From the NCBI RefSeq assembly GCF_001194135.2, contig NC_068991.1, forward strand, positions 50,608,909 through 50,672,908: a DNA stretch of 64,000 nucleotides. The letters are read 5' to 3'. How positions within the stretch are numbered: position 1 is the stretch's first letter; each line of letters begins with the position of its first letter. The translations under genes and the position numbers were made by a program. The notes under the pieces are model-generated. The model saw nothing but the letters and a program-made list of their open reading frames with translations, was not told the origin of the DNA and ran no database searches. Of the stretch, positions 24,106-37,300 are shown piece by piece. The DNA comes from Octopus bimaculoides (taxonomy: Eukaryota).

Positions 24106-27100
24106 AGGGCAGATGTATATTAATTGATCTAAAGTAAATTTTTTATTCATATTATACATGTTTGAAACTCTTTCTAAAAAAGATTGATTCATATCCGTAT
24201 TTTGTGAATAAACAAGATAAATCTGGATTAAACGGGTCAGTTTGAAATAAACGCCAGTAAAACTTTTCAAGTGCGATCTAGATACGTCATCATAGATCCA
24301 CAACAAAAGTGAAGTCAGCTGTTAGCGATTAAAAAAAAAAGGAGATGAAGGACCAATTCAGCAGTCGTCAGAATGAAATTTTAACTTTTGCATCGTTTGG
24401 CCAGTTTTACCGTATGCCAGAGTGTATAATGTTGTCCTCGACCAGTTTGAAACTCAATATAACAAGGAAGAAGTACCTGTGGAGCTTGGCCTCGTCGTGT
24501 AGCTGACATGGAGCAACGGAACAACACCAATAATATGAACCTTAATTTTCGTTTTTAGATCGAATTTCGGGATACCTAAAATCGCGGATTTCCAGGCGGT
24601 GCGCCCATACTATAAAACGGTTCTAGTCATAGGTGTAAAGAATAATTTCTTTCGACCAACGCTCTGAGCAGACGGACAAGTTAGAAAATATATTCAAGGC
24701 CGGAAACGTTGCTTGTAGAGGCAATCAGCAGAAATAATTTAATAAAAGAGAAAATAAGCCATTGGCATTGACATTAATTCTTTGATAAGCTCTCAACTTC
24801 CGGCATTTGAAATTTCTATAAGAAACCTTTGTTTGTTGTTTGGCTAACATTGTAAATCATTTTAATAAAAAGAAAACAGCCGCCTGCAACACCTGACTTC
24901 AGAGATTTTTACGACTTGCCAACTTCATCTGCCACGTCTGGACGAACATTTTCTCAAAGAAACGATTAAAAACATGTCTTTGGTGAAGAATGATAAAAGA
25001 GAAATTAAATTCTCTATCTGTAACATTCCTATTACAAAGAACAGACAGAGAAAATAAATCTTATTGCAATTATTCCAAAATTTGAATCGGTAAAAGAATT
25101 TCGGAAAATTCTTACAGACTGGATTATAATTGAGTTGAATAATAAAGTTTTATAATAACAACTGCTTTTTCCTCTTAAAATATCGTTCTATAACTGATAA
25201 TTTACTTAACATAAGTAACAAATCAACACCTTCCAAATTTTTCCAGTCATGAAACAATACGAGTTTTTAACAGCATGCTAACATGTTAAGATCACACCCC
25301 GGGAAATGGTTCCACTGTGCCTGACATATTAAACGAGTCTGATATCTAATATTATTTATATTATAATATCAAGTATTATTAATTTACCATTGGCCCTGTC
25401 ACGTCACTGAAGGCTGGGTTTCTGGGCACATCCTATGCCATAACTTCCTAATTCTTACCATCCCCGTAATGTAATGTGTGCGGGGTAAAGTAAAAACCTT
25501 TTCAGAAGACTTTACGGTGTTGTAAAGCGTCTTTTAATCAAACTAAAAATGTCTGTTGCTGATGCTAAAGACAAACCTGAAATATGTGTGTGGTGTGAAG
25601 ATAGTGTGGAAATACGTCAGATTTAATGGCGCATGAGTCAAAGATTAGAGAAACTAAGAAGTATGTAAGATGAGATATATAAGTTAACGGCTGCCAACTT
25701 GTACAGTCGACAAGTTTTTCTTAATAGCGATGTATTTTGATAGAGTCAGGTTTGTCTTTTACTCTTAATCTTCAGTTTTTATGCAATATGAAAGATTATT
25801 TTTGTCTATATTATAGTGATTATATATAAGGGAATAAATGTTTTTATGGAAAGATAAAGGATAGAATTCACCGATATGCAATAAGTTGAAGAAACAAATT
25901 TATTCAAATTTGTTGTTTTTTTACGAACCTCTAATTGCAAAGTAATTACTTTTATGTAAAATAAATGAATTGAAATAGTATATGTATATAAATATATACT
26001 GTCAGCATTGTGTTGGCTTGTATTGCAATTTCCTATTTTAAAAACTACTAAAGATCTGGCAAAGTCACTGAAATTATCAGATTTACTTTTTTATTTATCT
26101 GTGACTGTAAAGTAGTGCTGCTGCTATGAGTGAGGTGAGGACTAAATGGCGTCTGTTGTGTGTCTAAAAGATTCTGTTTCGTTACAAATCTTTTAATGTT
26201 TCAACAAACATTTTTACATGTCTGTGAATGTTCTTAAGGTAGTCTGTTCTAAGGTCATTGTTTTAGTCCCCACCCCCACTTTCTTAGGCACCGTTATTAT
26301 GGTCCGGAGGTGGGGGTGGCAAAATTGGTTGAGCGTCAGATGAAAAAACAACTTGCAGTATTTTTAGTTACATTACTTAACGTTCTGATTTCGAATCTCA
26401 CCAAGGTCGAATTTGCCTTTCACTCTTCTAGGAACCAATAATCTAAAGTACTTGTCAGGAACTAGGATCACTAGTAACTAACAAATACTTTCTCGGGAAT
26501 ATTCATTTTTGAATCAAACTCAATTTCAGGTGTTTAAGCATAAAAAGACAATTTCCTGCACAATTTATTGAGCTAAATGAACTTCCATTTCCATCATAGT
26601 ACTTTCAGCAGTTCTGGTTCCTAGCTTTATTTCTATTGGTTCCACCTAGAATAAATTCTCCCTACCTTCTATATATACCTACTACAGACTCCCTCTCATA
26701 GTTAGACAGTAGCGACTGAAGATACTAATCACAGTTTCTCTTCATCTTAGTTCACATTCTTCGTTTCTTATCGCAACTTCTCCATTCCACTTTATGCTGC
26801 TGACAATTAGGCCTAATATACTTTTCTCTAATGATATTGTGAAACAATATCTCACAATTTAAATAACTTCCTGTTGTCATTATCTGAGATAAACCTGATA
26901 TTTATTCTTTTATTCAGCCTGTACCAATAGTTAATACTGAAATATATATTCATTCACCAGCCATGAATTTAATCTACCAGGGTGACATAATATTTAACAA
27001 ATTATGCTTCAGAACAACTGAATAACACTGTCAGGAGTTGGAACTTTTACTACAGCTTTGTGCCCTGATGAAATCCGATACATCACATACTTCAGTCTAC

Positions 27101-28015
27101 CTGGCTGATAACAGGTTTCACTAGAAAGATCATGCAGTTATAAAAACAATTTCGCTGACAAATCCATCCAACCTGCTAATATTGGATGATTATTATTTTA
27201 TTGGATTTGGAAAATATCTTGACTCTGTCATACTTGGTATCAAACCTCAAAAATATTTTTGAAGTTAATCATTCACCAACTTCCTACATTAGTAGTCTTC
27301 AGGTGTTTTGATCACAAAATAAAGGTTCTCTTTTTAAAATTTTCTTCTATTATTTCTTATTAAATGGAATTTTTTTTATCTGAAAATACTTATTTTCGAA
27401 CTGTGGCACATCTACATGTTGTAAGCTCACTCTTCACAATATTATTCCATACACATCTGAGATAGCATTCCCATGAAGAATACATGCATTGCAGAGTACA
27501 ACAAAATAACAACCTGAAAGAGAACCATTAACCAACTGGCTTCAAGTACTTGCTCATCATAAAGCTTTGTCCTTCTTTGTCCTTCCTGCAATCATCTAAA
27601 CTTGTTGATAATGTCCCACCTCCATCCGAAACCTTATTTTTTTCACCTCCTCCTCTTCCAACCACTTTAACTCAATCTTAGAATAAATAATTTCTACATT
27701 TCTTTGTTCTCAAACTTACTCAGCCAATTTAAATTCGAAGCATTTCTGATTCAGACTGCTTGAAAAGGTTACAGCCCTCCACATCAAAGATTAAATGAAA
27801 AGGAAAAAAAAGCATGGCCAACATTTGAACTCTGGACCTTCAGAATAACCAAAATCTCTCATAAGCTCAAATATTAACATTTCATGACATCAACTTTCAA
27901 AAAAAAAAAATTCAAAGTCATATACTTGGATTACGTATATTTAGTTATATTGCAGCTCAGATGTTAATGTACATAAAAAGAAATTTTTCTAAAACTTTAA
28001 TGTTTTTTTTCTTTG

Positions 28016-28153
28016 TTAATAAGAAGTTGGTTTTTTTTGAAGACACAACCATGTACTAGGGTCTTGCCAAGTGGGCCTTGGCTCTGCATTTTCAAAAGGG
28101 ATATGCCAACCATGGTTACACCTCTGAGTACGTATGTCTTCTTTACATGGCCA
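28016..28153 (-). CDS. PRORP: PRORP last coding exon (WPCK...GWHIPF...WLCLQKKPTSY*)
   Basis: ttgcag acceptor, phase 0. His and Cys zinc ligands, then stop. Confidence 0.94.
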   Translation of the reverse strand, partial: WPCKEDIRTQRCNHGWHIPFENAEPRPTWQDPSTWLCLQKKPTSY

Positions 28154-31100
28154 CTGCAAAATGAATAAAAAAGGAAAACTTGTAAAGCAGGGTTTGTCAA
28201 CCATTTTTTATCTATGGATCTCTTTCATTACTATTTTATTCTGGTGGATTCCCATAGCTATTCGATGTTTAAAAACTAGTTTTATAGAAACTTCTTCCAA
28301 AATTCCTATTTTGTTTTTCACACATTAACATGTGTATGCTGAACTCTGTAAAATGTTAGAGAAAGAAATTTAGCTGTTTCTTGCAATACATACCAATATA
28401 CATCTAAAACTTAATTTTTTTCAGGAACCCTCAAAATACTATTGTGGGTTCCTAATTTACTATTTTGTTGTATGGACCCCAAGAATCTTATATGGATGTC
28501 TGATTTTACACAGCAGATAACTTAAAAAACAAACTGTTATTGTTTTCTCTATTTTTCAGCAAAATTCAACAAGTCAAAATCCTTTTATCTCAATAATGTG
28601 TCAAGAAGTCTGCAGATTTTGGGTTTATATCAACATTGAAAAATCAAGAAATAAATTGCTGTAATATCAGGAGAGAAGCTCAAATTTGGTAGGAGATATA
28701 CAGTTGACTGAACTAATTCCTGTTTCTTACTACTGTTTCATCTTATCAACCTTGGAGGAATGGAGAGATAAATTTTCCTTGGTAGGATTTTAACTCAAAA
28801 CAGTTTAGGTATGAAACTAAATACTGAACATTTTAAAACAAAAATAAACGAAGACTGAAATTATGGATGCAAGTTAATAGCATCTGCACGAAGAAAATGA
28901 ATTTGTGAAATCAAAAGAACAGACAAAAAGACTTTAGCTGCATTACTTTATGTCCTGAGTTCAAATTACTGTTGAGATTGAGGACAGCCTTTCATCTTTC
29001 ATCAAGAAGATAAATACCAATAAAAAACTAAATTTGGTATAATCAACCACTCCCTCCAACCAAATTTGAGGTCTTGTGTTGCTGTTACAGATCTATAGTA
29101 TTCATACAAGTGAATCCCTTTATTAATTTTGTTCTGATATGAGCTGAGTTTCGAGTATTACAATGATATATAAATAGTAAAGAACCAGTAGCAACATTTG
29201 ACTCCTATTTTAGTCTGAATCATTGAAAATGTGGAAATCTTTGTAAGACGTGGAAGAACTCCAAAAAAGAGCAGGTCATAGGACAGTGCAGAGCATAAAA
29301 TTCTGTGATATTTAAAGGATAAAGCCAATAGAATTAATATTTAAAAAGTGAAAGTCTACAGACTGGGTAAGAGAAGATGACTATTTTAGAATTATAAAGG
29401 TATTGTTTATCATGTGAAGCACACATATCTGCTGGATGTGTATCAGATCAGTGATTATTTTGACAGCAATAGTCAGAGGGGTTGGTCACTATATACTTTC
29501 TCGATCATATTTACCTTGAAGGAAGGGAGATAACATAGAACTCTTTAGTGTTGCAGAGGACAAGACAACCTCTTTGACGAGGTGCTATAATGAAATGTAC
29601 TCAGTACAATGCAAACTGTTGGTAAGCGAAGGGAGATAATGTTGATAACAGAGGAGTCTTTAACCTTGCTGAGAAAGCTGTATGTTGATTGTTGGTAAAG
29701 AGGTTAACTAGAAAAAAAAAGTTACTGCGACATGAAAAAAGAAGGGTGAGTGAATGGGGAGAGATAGGGTGATGGCAGAAATAATGGATGTGAGGGAGAT
29801 TGATGTCTGTCAATAAAATGTGATAGAAAAAGGAAACCCTTTCTATTCTATTTTGCAGGATTAAAGATGAATTGTTCATTGAGGCATTGGTAATATCACA
29901 AAATTAAATTAAGACATTTAATATCTCTTTAGTTACTTATTCAAATTAAGACTGCAATTATTTATTTATTCAGCTACTTAAATTAATGTTTCATGTACCA
30001 ATATGCATTCTGATTTATGTTGTTGGTTATATTAAGGTGAAGTCACTTGATGATCAAGTATTCAGATGGCAACAAGAATCATGGATCTGAACTCCACAGA
30101 TGACCAGGTTTTGAGCGCTTAAGACAAAACGGAAATGTAAGTAAATGACCAACACCTTACACAGTANNNNNNNNNNNNNNNNNCTTGATGATCAAGTATT
30201 CAGATGGCAACAAGAATCATGGATCTGAACTCCACAGATGACCAGGTTTTGAGCGCTTAAGACAAAACGGAAATGTAAGTAAATGACCAACACCTTACAC
30301 AGTATCAGCAAAAAATAGATCTGACCACTGGTAATAAAAAAATCCCAAAAGTAATGGGGGGGGGGAGCAATGATCAATTAAGAACTTGATGCTTTTAGAA
30401 GGTGAATATCTTGAATAATGCAAGGACTTCAAATATCTTAGCAGTAACATCAGTTATAAAGGAAATATGAAGAAAAAGGTTAACATCAGGATTGGTAAAG
30501 CTAACAATGTTTTTCTTAAATTAAAAAGAATCTGGAAAGCTCACAACAGAATGAAGATAAAAATTCAGTTGTTGTCAAGCATTGTCTTCTCTAACTTTCT
30601 CTTTGGGTGTGAGTCATGGCCTCTGACTAAGGTACTAAACAGGAAACTGAAAATCTTCCAGCAAAGATGCTTGCATAAGACACAGCACATCTCCAACAGG
30701 ATCTGTGTCACCAACCTTGAGATACTAAGAAGATCCAGACTCTCATACATCTTAAGTCAAATGGTGGCCAGCAGAAGGATGAAATGACTAAGGAATGTGA
30801 TCAAGATAGATCCATCCTGACTCCAGTGGCCTCCAACAGGGTCCCAAGAAGAAAGGACATCTGAAGAAGAAATGGTTGACAGTAGCAAAAGAAAATCTTG
30901 TGAATGATGGCAAGAGCTGGACCTAGGGATTGAAAATGAGTGAAATGTTCTTGTTGCTTGATGGTCTTTGAACAGGATCAACTAAGTAACAAATGAACTG
31001 ACAAACTATTTAAACTAAATTTTCTTCCTGTTTTCTCTCTTTTTTACTTCCCTTGTAACCCTTTTGTTACCATGTTTCTGTTGAAACATGCTGCTTTTAT

Positions 31101-34100
31101 ATTAGTTTATTTTGAAAATAATGAAGCCTTTGGTAAAATAACTTTGTCACTATGAAATTACTGCTTAGAACATTAATTAACATTTTGTTGGAAGGTTTTA
31201 ATTTAGATCACTTTAAAACAGAAGCTTTGTATCATGGAACCAGGGGTGGTTTGAGGAAGGTTGCTATCAAAAGGTTTAAGTGCTTGAAAGGCTCCCTAGA
31301 AAAGTAGCTAAAAGCTTCTGTTAGGGAGCCATTACTTTAAATTACATGTTCTAAGTTGGTATTAATGGTCCTCTTGAAATTTTCTAAGTCAACATCTGTG
31401 GGAAAGACCTGAGCAGGGAAGGAATTCCAGAGGGGAGGCATTGTGGGGAGGAAGGACTGGAAGTAGTGATTTGGTGGTGAGTCTGGACACAAGATGAGTG
31501 AAGAAAAGACGCATGAGGATTAGGAAGAGCAAAAGTGGGTTAGAAATGGCCGAGGGAAGAAATAGGTTGAACAACAACAGCCTGCTCAACCTGAGAAAGC
31601 AGGTGTGAAATGATAATAATGACAACCATAAAGTATGGTAAAATGTCTCACCTGAAATATAATGTGACCATTTGGTTTCACTTTATATAACTGCACTTGG
31701 TGACTGAACTGCCATCGACGAAAGAGTTCACCATACTCTTCTCCTAAAGAAAATTTATGGTCTCGCATTTCATCAGATGAAACAAACACTGACTTAGGAC
31801 CACTGTAGAGTGTAGCGTAAATAAGGTAAGGATCGTCTTCAGATCTGAAACGAAAATTAAGATTATAGATTATAGTTTTGTTTTTCACACTTCTTTTATG
31901 CAGGTTCTTGTTGGGGTGTAGCCAGCCCACTTATGTGTACCTTTCCTTCATTGGACACTAAACTCCGCTTGCGAAGACTTTTTGAGGCAAGTGAAATCGA
32001 AATCGAACTAAATTCGACGACTGGCACCCATGCCAACGTCGTCTCCTTCATTGGACACGACACTCAGCTTGCAAAGACTTATTGGGGCAAGCGAAAGCGA
32101 AATCGGGATGGCACCTGTGCCCAGCGTCGCCTTTCTGGCACTTGTGCACGTGACATGTGTAAGGATTTTCGAGCAAGATCGTTGCCAGTGCCCTTGAACT
32201 GGCTCTTGTGCGGGTGGCACATAAAATACACCATTTTGAGCGTGGCCATTTCCAGTACCGCCTGACTGGCCTTCGTGCAGGTGACACATAAAAGCACCCA
32301 CTACACTCTGTGAGTGGTTGGCATTAGGAAGGGCATCCAGCTGTAGAAACTCTGCCAAATCAGATTGGAGCCTGGTGTAGCCATCTGGTTTGACCAGTCC
32401 TCAGTCAAATCGTCCAACCCATGCTAGCATGGAAAGCGGACGTTAAACGATGATGATGATGATGATAATAATAATAATAATAAATAGTTTGATAATCAAT
32501 AAGTTTGAACTACAGAAGATTGATATCACTAAGAAATACAAAAATAGGGGGAATATTTTCTGAGGATAGGAGTGGGGAGGTGCAATTCTGTGGAGACAAG
32601 ACTGAGCAGTGTTTAGCAAGAAGTTTGGAGATTAGATTAATCAAGAATAATCTTGAGGATGTATTCGATAAGTTTGAATGGTAAACAGTTTGCTGGATGA
32701 GAGGAGTAGAAGATAGAGAAAGAGACAGAGAAAGGAAATGTGTTTGTGATCCAGTGGTGTAGTGTGTTGGTGATTACATTTTTACCATTCAACTGGATAG
32801 CCACTTTTGGAAGCAGTCTACAATACTTGTGTATATGTAGCAGTAGCAATCATCATCATCATCATCGTTTAACGTCTGCTTTCCATGCTAGAATGGGTTG
32901 GACGATTTGACTGAGGACTGGTGAGCCAGATGGCTACACCAGGCTCCAATCTGATTTGGCAGAGTTTCTACAGCTGGATGCCCTTCCTAATGCCAACCAT
33001 TCCGAGAGTGTAGTGGGTGCTTTTATGTGCCACCGGCACGAAGGCCAGTCAGGAGGGACTGGCAACGGCCACGCTCGAAATGGTGTATTTTACGTGCCAC
33101 CTGCACAGGAGCCAGTCAGATAAGTCAACAATACTCCTCCTCCTTATCATTTCACATCTGCTTTTCCAGGTTGAACAGGTTGTTGCAATTCAACCTAGTC
33201 CTTCCCTTAGGCATTTCTAACCTACTTTTGCTTTTCCTAATCCTCATGTTTATTTTCTTCACTTATCTTTTGTCCAAACCCACCACCAGACTTTACAGAA
33301 ATTACTACAGCTAATCCTTCCTCCCCATGATGCAATCCCTCTGGAAATCCTTCCTTGCTCAGGTCTTTCCCACAGATGTTGACTTAGAAAGTTTCAAGAG
33401 CAACATTAATACCAACAAACTCACCAGCCTAATCAGGTCCTGCAAAGGCCATGAGCTCCATTTCTTCCTCAAGAATCAGTAAATAAAAAAAGGGGGAAAA
33501 AAAGTGGGGTTGAAAACAGCCACTGAGTTTTAGGACTATTTTCAAAAGTCTTCAACAATTCTATTTATTGACATTAACAGAGAAAATGAGAATTCATTCA
33601 GCAACTGGGAATGAATTTGCTTGTTATTTCAAACTGACAGAGAAGGAAAAGACTAGACATAAACTATCAAAACAAAAATTTACTTACATATTTTCGATGA
33701 AGAAGCAGGAAGCCAACTTTTTAATAATTTTTATGTCTCTTTCAGGCCATTTCAACATATACTTTCGACCAACCACCAAAACTTTCATTTTTTTAATCAA
33801 AGCAAAATATTCAACTGCTTTCCGTAACTGTCAAACAAAGATAACATACAAGAGATATTAAAGAATTAATCTGTCATATAAAGTAACCATTCTGTAGCAA
33901 AGTTAGAATATGAAGAAATGGATTCTCTCCAAAATAACAACTATTAAAACTGTTTAAAATCAGGGTATTTTGGACAAATTTGATATCTGGCAAAGAAATC
34001 GCAGGAATGTAATGAAAGACATTGTCTCACTTGTGCGCATAATAGAAAGAATCATCATCATTATTATTATTATTATTATTATTAAGATGGTGAGTTGGCA

Positions 34101-34299
34101 GAATCGTTAGCATGCCAGGCAAAATGCTTAGTAACATTTTGCTCGTCTTCAAGTTCTGAGTTTACATTCTATTCTGTTGAGGTTAACTTTGTCTTTCATC
34201 AATAAAATAATTACCAGTTGAGCACTGGAGTTGATGTAATCGATTTACCTGTCCTCCCAAATTGCTGGCCTTGTGCCAAAATTTGAAACCATTAATAAT

Positions 34300-34363
<64 letters not shown>

Positions 34364-37300
34364 GCTACTACTACTACTATTATTATTATTATTCACTTAA
34401 ATTCTCCTGATTTATCTATGTCATAACTCAGAGCCATCCTGCAGCTTAGAGATACAACACTTTTTTCAACACATGGACTGTTCCAAATATTGCTGCCAAC
34501 TGAGTACTTCCTAAGAAGTCTGGTATTTGCAATTTTTGATGCTTTTTGAAATGATCTCAAGTGCACCCATCATAAAAGCTACCACACACTCACTTTTGAG
34601 GTTCTATGGATCCTTTTCACTTCTAATCCTAAGTCTTGGTACTTCCTGAATTTCTTGTCCTCTATCTTCACAATATTCTGATCTGCAGGTATAGATACAT
34701 TGAAGAAGGTCCATTCTTTGGTCACCTTCCATAGGAAAGTGACATCTGGTGAGTTATGTTACAAGGAGAGTGATATCTGAGCAGTTATTATTCATTATCT
34801 ATTATTATTATTATTATTGAGTAAGAGAGCAGCACATGCCATCAAAGTGACACTGGGGGCACAAATATATGAAGCTCAACATACCCATCATGACTACTTG
34901 TCTCATAAGGGTACACCAGGCACATGCATCACAACCATATGAGCATGACATGGTGAATTCATATTAACATACACAGAGTATGACCTTGTGGGTGGTGCCC
35001 TGTTAGAATTTTCGTCAGGTTTAGTAGCCCATCCTGCACAAAAAGTCCCTGAATAACGGTTGCTTAAGGATAATGAATGAAACACCCATATTTCCAGAGG
35101 CGAATTATTCAAACTCAAAAGAACCCCTCTCAATACATTGCTCCCCAACTATTCCTGGTCATGACCAAAGATGCACATATCATCCGCCACTAAGAGACAG
35201 GCTCAACTGGCCAAGGTCAAATTATTATTATTATTATTATTATTTCCATCTTTGCACATTGATATTGATCTGATATGTATGTAGTACAGCATATTCTAAC
35301 TCTTCTTGTTTGTTACACCAAACATTTTCAAATCTAATCTCATTTATTTTTCTCATCATATTTTGGTTTTCCTACACCACAGGTAACTTCCAATGTTAGC
35401 CTACAACAGTGTTTTACCTAGCACTCATCCATTCCTATCATATTTATACCCATTCAACCATCTCTCCTGCATACACTGGTTGATTTGTCCCTGTCTGTCT
35501 CTCCAGCCAATATGTATTCAATGCCTATTTCACAACAAAGCCATGCAACATTGCACTTCATACATTTGCCTCATACAATCTGTCCCCACCCCACTTTTTT
35601 ATGCAGATACTTTTTTCTTTTCTTTCTTTCTTCTATTTGTCACAACAACTCTTTTCATCTCCCAGATGACAAAAATCTGTCCTCTCTATCCAGCAAGTTA
35701 TCTGAATAGTTCAAAGATATCATTTTATGAGGGCTCTTCCTGCAAATAATTCTAGTGCCATGCACACCAGTAGCCTAGTCAATCTGTTGGAAATTCCTCT
35801 GCAGCTTTTGTGCATCCATTATTTGCAATGAGTGGACAATGTTAAGTTCATGCCAACACTGTCACTGCATACTGAGCTAAACTACTAATGAGATAGTATT
35901 GTGCTTTTGTGCTCATTTTGGTCTTCACAATGTAGGCCCTTAGGCCTTTGGACTCTTTCTGGTTTAAAACTTTTTTATGCAGCTCTTTCGCAGATTTTAC
36001 AAAGTAAAATTAATGAATTTCTTTTAATATCACTGATGAAAAATTATGGAATTTCACAAAGGACAGAATATTTTGGGGAAGATCAGCTGCCACAAACTCA
36101 ATCATACACCAACTTCCAGCTATAAAGTGATAACAAAACTGAAAGAAAATAAATTAAGGCAGTGCTCCAGCATGGCTGCATTCCTACAACTGAAACCGTT
36201 AACAGAATAAAAAAATGGAGTCTTGTTTGAATATTGGTTCCAAAAAGAAACACTTGTTTTCAAAAATGGTAAATATATTCTACACACTTCATTATCATCA
36301 TCATCATCATCATGTAATTAATTAATGTACTTCATCATCATTCTGTATATTGTCATTGTTAGCATGTGATTAATTAATCTAGAAGAAAACTGAAATTCTC
36401 TAAGTGTTAAATCACTAATTTGGTTTTAAATTGTGATGAAGTACATTTTGAGATAAAACCGACAATTCTAAAGGAACAATGATGAAGTCATTAATGATTT
36501 CATGCTAGAATGGTAAAAATAAACTTGTAGAACATACCTGAAAAGACTTATTTTTAAACTGACCCATTTTCAAGGAAACATTTAAAGAATCAAAAACTAC
36601 ATCAAAAGGTGCTTTTTCTTCAACAAATAATTTGAAACTTTCAAGTTCTGCCGGATTTGTATTTTGGTAAAGGTCCTTTCCAATCAGAACATTTTCAAAA
36701 AATACATGACGCAGCTTTCGGAATTGTGAAAATGGAATATCCAATTTATCTATGGCTGTATTACAATTCGGACATATTCCTCTGAGAATGAAAAACAAGT
36801 AAACAAAAATGATACAATTTAATAAAAAGAAACATTTAGCATTAAATTCAATTTTCAAAGATTTATTCCTCTGCCAATACTACAAGTTGTATATGTAGAT
36901 ATAAGGTATTGGTTAATCATCCCTTTTAATAATGATAGGGAACATCAGGGAGTAATGATAGGGAGATGGAGTGTAAACATTGTTTAGACCAGGGGTTTTC
37001 AAACTTTTTGACTTGCGGACCCCTTTATATTTCAGGCTTTACCTTAGGGACCCCCTTATAAACGCTTATGAAATTTATACATAAATATTTGTTTAAAATA
37101 ACAAATATTTTTACATTTATTTATTTAACAAATAGGTTTATTGTCTATTAAAAGATTTCAATTAAAAAACATATATAAAATCAAATTGCCCATAAAAAGT
37201 ATTTGCTGTCTGCGGAGCCCCTGTGGTCCGCAGACCACAGTTTGAAAACTCCTGGTTTAGACAATAGTTAGATGTGAAGGGATTCATCTCACAGCTTATA

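Noticed and set aside
30046-30304. Exact ~120-bp direct duplication
   Set aside because: The copies sit on either side of a 17-N gap, typical of an unmerged contig overlap.
30467-30787. Nested host gene in a PRORP intron
   Set aside because: The peptide is the C-terminal part of an RTE reverse transcriptase.
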